A DNA stretch of 53,308 bases from an uncultured Treponema sp. (GTDB taxonomy: Bacteria; Spirochaetota; Spirochaetia; Treponematales; Treponemataceae), in NCBI GenBank assembly GCA_964653395.1, contig CAZZFL010000002.1:1-53308 (forward strand), written 5' to 3'. Of the stretch, positions 46,811 to 53,308 are shown one piece after another; within the stretch, counting starts at the first letter, position 1, and the number at the start of each line of letters is the position of its first letter. The notes beneath the pieces are model-generated. The model saw only the letters and a list, made by a program, of their open reading frames with translations. It ran no database searches and was not told where the DNA came from. Made by a program: the position numbers and the translations under genes.

Positions 46811-48379
46811 ATGAAAACTTTTTCAAAAGAAAATTTTAAATTTTTGTTTTGTGCGATTTTTCTCGTTTTGATTTTTTCTTGCGCGAAAAATCAAGGGCAA
46901 AAAATCGTGCGGCCGAATCAAGGCGTTTACTATTGCATTTTCATGCGCTCGTTCGCGGATTCGGACGGAGACGGAATCGGCGATTTGAACGGCATCGCTT
47001 CAAAATTGGACTATTTGGAAAATCTTGGCGTAAGCGGAATTTGGCTTATGCCGATTTTTCCGTCGCATTCTTATCACGGCTACGACGTTGACGACTACTA
47101 CAATGTGAACGAAGAATACGGAACAATTTCCGACTTGCAAAATCTTTGCGCGAAATGCGCCGAACGCAGAATTGCGGTGATTTTGGATTTGCCGCTGAAT
47201 CATTCTTCGGTCAACAACGAATGGTTTTTGCAATCAATTGACGAAAACAATCCGAAGCATTCTTGGTATCGCTGGGCGAATCCGCAAAAAAATCCGGACA
47301 TAAATTTCAACGCGACGATTTGGCAGCACAAAGTTTGGAACAAGCGCGGCGAAAATTTTTACAGCGGACTTTACTTTGACGGAATGCCGGATTTCAATCA
47401 CGATAATTTCGAAGTGCGCGACGAATTTAAAAACGTGATAAAATTTTGGATTGAAAATGGCGTGTCGGGATTTCGCTTCGACGCGGCGGGCCACATTTAC
47501 AATTCGGCGAAACTTCCGTCGGGCGTGAAGGACGGTCAGGAACGCGCGCTGAATTTTTGGAATGAAATTTGCTCGTATGCGAAATCTGTCAAAGGCGATG
47601 TTTTTATGGTCGGCGAAGTTTGGGAATCGAACGGAATTCGCGCCGAATACATGCGCTCGATTCCTTCGACTTTTCATTTTGATTTGGGAACGAAAATTAT
47701 CAACGCGATAAAAAATTCCGACGGCTCGAACAATGCGATTGCGGCCGGACTTTTCAACGACTACGAATTGTACGCGCAAAAAAATCCCGATTTTATCGAT
47801 GCGCCATTTTTGACGAACCACGATCAAAATCGTTCGCCGCTTCAATTTAAAAATGACGAGAACTGCGTCAAACTTGCCGCCGCGATGTATTTGTTTTTGC
47901 CGGGAATTCCGTTTGTTTACTACGGCGAAGAAATCGCGATGAACGGCGCGAAGCCCGACGAGCAAATTCGCACGCCTTTCATTTGGTCGAGCAAATCGCA
48001 GGAAAAAATGCAGGCAAATTGGATTGATTCAAAATACAACGCGAAGACGAAGGGCGCGGCCGAGCAACTCAAGGACAAAAATTCCGTTTTGAATTTTTAC
48101 AAAAATGCGATTCATTTTAGAAATTCGAACGAAGTTTTTTCGCGTGGAAAATTTCTTCCTTACGAAACGAAAAATTCGAAAATCACTTCTTGGACTTTGG
48201 AACAAGACGGAAAAAAAGTTTTCGCATTTTTCAATTTGGCAGACGACACGCAAAAAATCGCGCGGCCGGAACAAAGCGAAAATTTCAAAATTCTTTTTTC
48301 TTCGAATCCGCGCGACGCGAAAATTTCCGAAAACGAAATTTCGCTTCCTCCGAAAAGCGCGGTGATTTTCGGAAATTGA
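46811..48379 (+). CDS. GH13 alpha-amylase family lipoprotein
   Basis: IFSC lipobox, DSDGDGIGDL, SYHGYDV, GFRFDAAGH, GEVW, FLTNHD, YYGEEI. Confidence 0.92.
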   Translation: MKTFSKENFKFLFCAIFLVLIFSCAKNQGQKIVRPNQGVYYCIFMRSFADSDGDGIGDLNGIASKLDYLENLGVSGIWLMPIFPSHSYHGYDVDDYYNVNEEYGTISDLQNLCAKCAERRIAVILDLPLNHSSVNNEWFLQSIDENNPKHSWYRWANPQKNPDINFNATIWQHKVWNKRGENFYSGLYFDGMPDFNHDNFEVRDEFKNVIKFWIENGVSGFRFDAAGHIYNSAKLPSGVKDGQERALNFWNEICSYAKSVKGDVFMVGEVWESNGIRAEYMRSIPSTFHFDLGTKIINAIKNSDGSNNAIAAGLFNDYELYAQKNPDFIDAPFLTNHDQNRSPLQFKNDENCVKLAAAMYLFLPGIPFVYYGEEIAMNGAKPDEQIRTPFIWSSKSQEKMQANWIDSKYNAKTKGAAEQLKDKNSVLNFYKNAIHFRNSNEVFSRGKFLPYETKNSKITSWTLEQDGKKVFAFFNLADDTQKIARPEQSENFKILFSSNPRDAKISENEISLPPKSAVIFGN

Positions 48380-48383
48380 ATTT

Positions 48384-48524
48384 TTAAAATCCACACTAAA
48401 ATTGTGTGCGGATTTTAACTTCGAGTTTGCGTTGCAAACTCGCTTATTCACGGCAGTTTCTCACTTCGTTGCGAAACTGCGTTTTCAACAACTTCCGAAT
48501 CTGAAGATTCAGAAGTTGTTGAAA
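48384..48524. repeat. Four consecutive hairpins
   Basis: TTAAAATCC/GGATTTTAA; CGAGTTTGC/GCAAACTCG; GCAGTTTC/GAAACTGC; TTTCAACAACTTC/GAAGTTGTTGAAA. Confidence 0.7.
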
Positions 48525-48594
48525 TTTAAGGAATTTTTAAAATTGGCGACGCGGACGAAATTGATTTTAAAAAATTAGTCAAGGAAAATTAAAA

Positions 48595-48957
48595 ATGAAA
48601 GGCACGAAAATTATCGGCGACGCCGGCGAAGAACGTGCGGCACAATTTTATCGTGAACGTGGCTTTGAAATTGTTGCGAGAAATTTCCGCTCCGAACACG
48701 GCGAGATTGACATAATCGCGAAAAAAGGCGAAACGCTGGTTTTTGCGGAAGTGAAAACTCTTCCCGGCGGAAATTTCGAAATGCTTGCGCACGAATTAAA
48801 TTCCACAAAACGCCGAAGAATTATAGAAAGTGCTAAACGTTTTTTGCAAAATCATCGAAAATATAATAACAACATCGTGCGTTTTGACGCGGTTGTGGTG
48901 GATATGCCGGGCGTTGCGCCAGTTTATCTTATTGAAAACGCATTTTCGGAAAATTAA
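48595..48957 (+). CDS. yraN: YraN (UPF0102) family putative endonuclease
   Basis: G..GEERAA, RNFR...GEIDIIA, LVFAEVK, RFDAV, IENAF. Confidence 0.88.
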   Translation: MKGTKIIGDAGEERAAQFYRERGFEIVARNFRSEHGEIDIIAKKGETLVFAEVKTLPGGNFEMLAHELNSTKRRRIIESAKRFLQNHRKYNNNIVRFDAVVVDMPGVAPVYLIENAFSEN

Positions 48958-48959
48958 AG

Positions 48960-49160
48960 ATGAGCACTTTTTTAAAGTTCGACGTTCAGAGAAATTACGA
49001 CCAAGAAATAGAAAATCTTTCCCCGCGGCTTTTGGAATTGCGCACGAAAATTCATGACGTGAATTATCTTGACAACGCAATCAACAGAATCGCCTACATT
49101 TTGAGCAAAAACCTTATTGACAATTCCGAAGAATTGCAGTTAAATTCAGAAGAATATTGA
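48960..49160 (+). CDS. Small helical hypothetical protein, 66 aa
   Basis: ATG 2 nt after the yraN stop; fills the operon gap. Confidence 0.6.
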   Translation: MSTFLKFDVQRNYDQEIENLSPRLLELRTKIHDVNYLDNAINRIAYILSKNLIDNSEELQLNSEEY

Positions 49161-49177
49161 TTTTTTTGGATGAAACT

Positions 49178-49615
49178 ATGGGAAGAAATGAAAGACGAAA
49201 TCGCTCGCGCGGAAAAAATTGGAACGAAATTCGATCGCGCGGCGAGCAGCGGCGTTTTTTGCATGCGGAAAGTGCGGAAGAAATTGCCGCGAACGAAAAC
49301 GCAATCCGCGAATTCAAGGCGCGCGAAAATATTTGCCCCGCTTGCGGAAAATCCATTGCCGACATTGCGGAAGCCATCGCCGACAAATCCACGGGACTTC
49401 CGATGCATTTTGACTGCGTTTTGGAAAAACTCCGCGCTGCGGAAAATCCGCGTGCCGGTCAGCAAGTGGCTTACATTGGCCAAGGCCGATTCGCCGTCAT
49501 AAGTTATGTGAATACGCGCGATTTTAGAATTGAAAAAATCATTGAATGGGAAGACAGAAACGCTTCGATTTCGTGGCGCGGGGAAATGGCGGATTTGTAT
49601 TCAAAAGTAAAATAA
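49178..49615 (+). CDS. Hypothetical protein with CxxC...HxxC zinc finger and Arg-rich N-terminus
   Basis: CPACGKSI...MHFDC; YIGQGRFAV; IEWE. Confidence 0.7.
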   Translation: MGRNERRNRSRGKNWNEIRSRGEQRRFLHAESAEEIAANENAIREFKARENICPACGKSIADIAEAIADKSTGLPMHFDCVLEKLRAAENPRAGQQVAYIGQGRFAVISYVNTRDFRIEKIIEWEDRNASISWRGEMADLYSKVK

Positions 49616-49665
49616 TTTCGCTAACTACTTGCTTTTTTTTTTCGAATGTTATAGAATGAAAATAC

Positions 49666-49748
49666 GCCGGAGTGGTGGAATGGTAGACACGATAGACTCA
49701 AAATCTATTGAGGGCAACTTCGTAAGAGTTCAAGTCTCTTCTCCGGTA
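49666..49748 (+). tRNA. tRNA-Leu(CAA)
   Basis: GCCGGAG/CTCCGGT acceptor; ATAGA-CTCAAAA-TCTAT anticodon arm; long variable arm; GTTCAAG T-loop; CCA not encoded; TTGCTT-N17-TAGAAT promoter at 49629-49657. Confidence 0.95.
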
Positions 49749-49763
49749 TAAAAAAGGTTCATC

Positions 49764-49807
49764 AAAAAAGCATCCTAGAAAAATTGAATTTTTCAGGATG
49801 CTTTTTT
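49764..49807. terminator. Bidirectional terminator between tRNA-Leu and carA
   Basis: AAAAAAGCATCCT...AGGATGCTTTTTT. Confidence 0.8.
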
Positions 49808-49899
49808 ATTTTTTATGGCGAATGTTTGATGAGCAAAATTTCATTGCATTGCGCGATAAAATTTTCGTGATGAAAATTCTCGCAAGCTCTAATTCAAAA

Positions 49900-51111
49900 T
49901 TATTTTTTATTTATTCGCGCGACAAATTCATCGAACAAAAAATTCGTGTCGAGCGGACCGCCGCTTGCTTCGGGATGAAACTGCACGCTGAACGCCGGAA
50001 TGTCCGTGTACTCGATACCTTCGCAAGTACCATCGTTCGTGTTCACAAAACTCAATTTTGCGCCGCTTGGCAGACTTTCATTGTCCACGGCGTAACCGTG
50101 ATTTTGGCTTGAAATGTAGACGCGGCCGGTGGAAAGTTGCTTTACGGGCTGATTCGCGCCGCGATGTCCATATTTCAATTTTGTGGTTTTTGCGCCGCGA
50201 GCGAGAGCGAGCATTTGATGTCCCAAACAAATTCCGAAAATCGGCTTTCCGCTTTCGGTGAGCTTTTTGATTTCGCTGATGATTTGCACGTTGTCGGATG
50301 GATCGCCAGGACCATTTGAAAGCATGATTCCGTCGGGATTCATCGCGAGAATTTTTTCCGCAGTCGTGCCGCATTCCACGGTTTCCACTTCAAGCCCGCG
50401 CTTCAAAAGCTCGCGACGAATATTTCCTTTCGCGCCGAAATCCCAAAGCACGACTTTTTTTCCTTTGCCGCCGCGCATCGCTTCTTGCGCGTCATTTATT
50501 TTCGTGCCGTCCGTTCGTATTGGAACTGCGCGGTACGCCGCGCTTTCGGCAAAAACTTTTTCGGCGGATTTTTCGATTTTCGTGCAATCAAGCGAAACGC
50601 TTTTCACCGCGTTTTCAATTTTATAGGATTTTATTTTTTGCAAAAGTTTTTCTTTCTCTGAAGCGTTTTCGAGCGCAGCCATCGCGGATTTCGCTTCTTC
50701 ACTTTCGCCGCAAATTATCATTCCGTTCATCACGCCCGCTTCGCGCAAAATTTTTGTCAGCCGTCGCGTGTCAATTCCGTAGAGTCCGGGAATTTCATTT
50801 GACTTCAAAAATTCATCGAGATTTTTTTCGCCGCGAAAGTTGCTCGGATTTTCGCACCACGAACGAACGATGTAGGCGCGCGCGTGAATTTTCGCGCTTT
50901 CAAAATCGTCTTCGATGATTCCGTAATTTCCGACAAGCGGAAAAGTTTGCGTGATGATTTGTCCGAAATAACTTGGATCGGTGAGCGTCTCCAAATAGCC
51001 GGTCATTCCAGTCGTAAAAACGATTTCGCCCACGGCGCATTTTTGCGCGCCGAAACTTTTTCCTTCAAATACGAGTCCGTTCGCGAGAACAAGAAATGCT
51101 TTGTTGTCCAT
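49900..51111 (-). CDS. carA: Carbamoyl-phosphate synthase small subunit
   Basis: GEIVFTTGMTGY.E.LTDPSY, SNGPGDP, GICLGHQ, SQNHGY, QFHPE. Confidence 0.96.
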   Translation of the reverse strand: MDNKAFLVLANGLVFEGKSFGAQKCAVGEIVFTTGMTGYLETLTDPSYFGQIITQTFPLVGNYGIIEDDFESAKIHARAYIVRSWCENPSNFRGEKNLDEFLKSNEIPGLYGIDTRRLTKILREAGVMNGMIICGESEEAKSAMAALENASEKEKLLQKIKSYKIENAVKSVSLDCTKIEKSAEKVFAESAAYRAVPIRTDGTKINDAQEAMRGGKGKKVVLWDFGAKGNIRRELLKRGLEVETVECGTTAEKILAMNPDGIMLSNGPGDPSDNVQIISEIKKLTESGKPIFGICLGHQMLALARGAKTTKLKYGHRGANQPVKQLSTGRVYISSQNHGYAVDNESLPSGAKLSFVNTNDGTCEGIEYTDIPAFSVQFHPEASGGPLDTNFLFDEFVARINKK

Positions 51112-51255
51112 ATCAAAATTCCATTATATCGAATTGCGCAAAATCTTGCAAGTGATTCCGTGGCTTTCGCTGAAAATGATTTCATTTGCGTGAGCGGAGT
51201 TGCGAATTTATTTGTTCTAATTGAAATTGCAATTTGTATTTTTTGCGAAAAGCAC

Positions 51256-51285
51256 TTGACACAATTTGTGATTTTATGATAAACT
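51256..51285 (+). promoter_or_regulatory. tRNA-Asn promoter TTGACA-N18-TAAACT with extended TG
   Basis: -35 at 51256-51261, -10 at 51280-51285. Confidence 0.6.
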
Positions 51286-51307
51286 TATTCTACGCTTAAA
51301 AAGCGTT

Positions 51308-51380
51308 GCTCCCTTAGCTCAGTCGGTAGAGCAACGGACTGTTAATCCGTGTGTCGCTGGTTCAAGCCCAGCAGGGGGCG
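51308..51380 (+). tRNA. tRNA-Asn(GTT)
   Basis: GCTCCCT/AGGGGGC acceptor; ACGGA-CTGTTAA-TCCGT anticodon arm; GCTGG-TTCAAGC-CCAGC T arm; G73; CCA not encoded. Confidence 0.95.
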
Positions 51381-51644
51381 TTTTCATTTCATTTTGATTT
51401 GACTGGCGAAATGCTGTGTCAATTGTGAACGCTTTGTTTCTATATAATTTCATCACGCAGAATTTTATTAAATTGGAATTAAATTCCTCTACTATAAATT
51501 CATTTGAAATTTTACAATCAGCATTTTCGCTTCCGCATGCGTCTGACTTTGCGGCATCCATTGCGGGGCAAAGCCCTGTGTGCAAAAGCGCGGCGCTGTC
51601 GCATGCTTTTGCCGCCGTGCTTTTGCTTGGCGCACCGTTGCGCG

Positions 51645-52919
51645 TCACGCGTTGTCCAGCGCCTGCTTCAAGTCCGCAATCAAATCTTCCTTGCTTTCAA
51701 GACCGCACGAAAAGCGCACCAGACCCGCGGGAATCCCTGCCGCCGCGAGCTGCTCGTCGGTCATTTGCCGGTGCGTGCTGGTCGCAGGATTGAGGCAGCA
51801 GCTCCGCGCGTCCGCGACGTGCGTTTCGATTGCTGCCAGCTTCAGCGACTTCATGCATTTCTGCGCCGCATCGCGTCCGCCTTTCAGCTCGAATGAGACC
51901 ACGCCGCAGCCGCCGTTCGGAAGATATTTCTGGGCGAGGGCGAAATACTTGTTTCCGCGCAAGTGCGGGTAATGCACCGCCGCGACTTTCGGATGCGCCG
52001 CCAAGAATTCCGCCAGGGCTTGGGCGTTTTCCACGTGACGCGCCATCCGCACGTGGAGCGACTCCAGCCCCAAATTCAGGATGAATGCGCTTTGCGGTGA
52101 CTGTGTGCAGCCAAAATCGCGCATGAGCTGCGCGGTGCATTTCGTGATGAACGCGCCCGCCTTCCCGAATTTTTCGGCGTAGGTGATTCCGTGGTAGGAA
52201 TCGTCGGGTGTGCAGAGGCCGGGGAACTTTTCCTTGTGCGCCATCCAGTCGAAATTCCCGGAATCGACGATTGCGCCGCCCACGCACGCGCCGTGGCCGT
52301 CCATGTATTTGGTGGTGGAATGCGTCACGATGTCCGCGCCCCACTCAATCGGGCGGCAATGCACCGGGGTGGGGAACGTGTTGTCAACGACGAGCGGCAC
52401 GCCGTGAGCGTGCGCCACTTTCGCGAATTTCTCGATGTCAAGGACGGTGAGCGCGGGATTTGCGATTGTCTCGCCGAAAACGAGCTTCGTGTTCTCGCGG
52501 AACGCCGCATGCAGCTCTGCCTCCGAAGCGTCTGGCGAAACGAACGTGACCTGAATGCCCATTTTCGCCATCGTGACGGAAATCAAGTTGAACGTGCCGC
52601 CGTAAATCGACGAAGATGCCACGATGTGCCCGCCGTTCTCGCAGATGTTGAACATCGCAAAGAAATTCGCCGCCTGTCCGCTCGACGTGAGCATCGCGGC
52701 GGCGCCTCCCTCAAGCGCGGCAATCTTTGCCGCCACAAAGTCGCACGTGGGATTTTGCAGGCGCGAATAAAAATAGCCGCTCGCCTCCAAGTCAAAAAGC
52801 CGCCCCATGTCCTCGCTCGTGTCGTATTTGAACGTGGTGGACTGCACGATAGGAATCTCGCGCGGCTCGCCGTTTTTGGGCGTATAGCCCGCCTGAACGC
52901 ATTTTGTTTCGATTTTCAT
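51645..52919 (-). CDS. metY: O-acetylhomoserine aminocarboxypropyltransferase
   Basis: YSRLQNPT, YGGTFNL, VDNTF, PLP lysine in HSTTKYMDGHG, PATSTHRQ. Confidence 0.92.
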   Translation of the reverse strand: MKIETKCVQAGYTPKNGEPREIPIVQSTTFKYDTSEDMGRLFDLEASGYFYSRLQNPTCDFVAAKIAALEGGAAAMLTSSGQAANFFAMFNICENGGHIVASSSIYGGTFNLISVTMAKMGIQVTFVSPDASEAELHAAFRENTKLVFGETIANPALTVLDIEKFAKVAHAHGVPLVVDNTFPTPVHCRPIEWGADIVTHSTTKYMDGHGACVGGAIVDSGNFDWMAHKEKFPGLCTPDDSYHGITYAEKFGKAGAFITKCTAQLMRDFGCTQSPQSAFILNLGLESLHVRMARHVENAQALAEFLAAHPKVAAVHYPHLRGNKYFALAQKYLPNGGCGVVSFELKGGRDAAQKCMKSLKLAAIETHVADARSCCLNPATSTHRQMTDEQLAAAGIPAGLVRFSCGLESKEDLIADLKQALDNA

Positions 52920-53038
52920 GGATAAAAAATATCATGGATTCGCGAAAAAATCAAGGGCGTGAAAATTGTGCGCGCGTGAAAAAATCGCTTCCGTAAAGGG
53001 CTTCAAAAATAAATAAAATTCATGCTGGGAATTTTTAT

Positions 53039-53062
53039 AATATGACAAAAAAATGTCATATT
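53039..53062. repeat. Palindrome copy 4: AATATGACA-N6-TGTCATATT
   Basis: 9-bp arms, spacer AAAAAA, 120 nt upstream of metY. Confidence 0.85.
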
Positions 53063-53308
53063 TATATGCTAGAATGTTTGCAAGAAAAATATTATTCAAA
53101 TGCGCGTTGGAACAAATTAAAAAAAACAGCGTTGCGCATTTTTGAAAGAAACAAAAAGCGCGAAAAAAAGTGGAACAAAAATTTTCGCTTCTGCGAGCGT
53201 GCATCTTATTTCGCGAAGCCTTGCGACAAATTGTGCACTTGTCGTTTTTTTACTTTTGCTTTTTTTCAAGTTCGATGCAAAGTCTGTCGATTATGTCGGC
53301 GGCGACTT

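Noticed and set aside
48412-48525. Integron attC site
   Set aside because: Ends do not match RYYYAAC/GTTRRRY, no integron integrase is present, and the flanking genes have their own promoters or operon context
49633-49642. Phase-variable poly-T in promoter spacers (also 4872-4880)
   Set aside because: Long A/T runs are ubiquitous in this sequence, so T9-T10 is not distinctive
49900-51111. carA without adjacent carB as an anomaly
   Set aside because: Split carA/carB arrangements are common and carB may lie outside the window
195-52925. Many long antisense or alternate-frame ORFs (e.g. 1452-2396, 1864-2850, 5165-6136, 12470-13315, 24451-25335, 52191-52925)
   Set aside because: They overlap well-supported genes and lack motifs; stop-poor shadow frames are expected given the scarcity of TA dinucleotides
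52920-53308. SAM riboswitch or T-box upstream of metY
   Set aside because: No recognisable conserved core motifs in the AT-rich leader

Overview
AT-rich bacterial chromosomal segment, most consistent with a gut or rumen Treponema-like spirochete (inferred from the many FxSC lipoproteins, a large ankyrin lipoprotein, an XPB helicase with its partner gene, and the Hsp33 N-terminus). It holds about 45 CDS, mostly housekeeping or metabolic (aspS, hslO, phoB-phoR with a Na/Pi cotransporter, oppABCDF, carA, metY, kdgK, a phosphohexomutase, GH13 and GH16 lipoproteins), plus tRNA-Leu(CAA) and tRNA-Asn(GTT). No CRISPR-Cas, prophage or IS transposase is visible. The unexplained structure is mainly intergenic: (1) an acyltransferase + XRE cassette bracketed by ~40-bp direct repeats with 8-N6-8 dyad symmetry, 1 kb from a Bacteroides Mpi-like serine DNA invertase; (2) a palindrome AATATGACA-N6-TGTCATATT found four times across the window, with co-varying outer arms; (3) two helically phased ~22-bp arrays sharing a C(A/T)GTGAG core; (4) GTAG-footed REP-like hairpin elements; (5) a -10 box 6-7 nt before the ATG in ten genes, implying widespread leaderless mRNAs. 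Notable proteins are a tandem pair of 7TM-DISM receptors with catalytically degenerate class III cyclase domains, and a degenerate Fic-wHTH protein. All family calls come from reading motifs by eye; no database searches were run.
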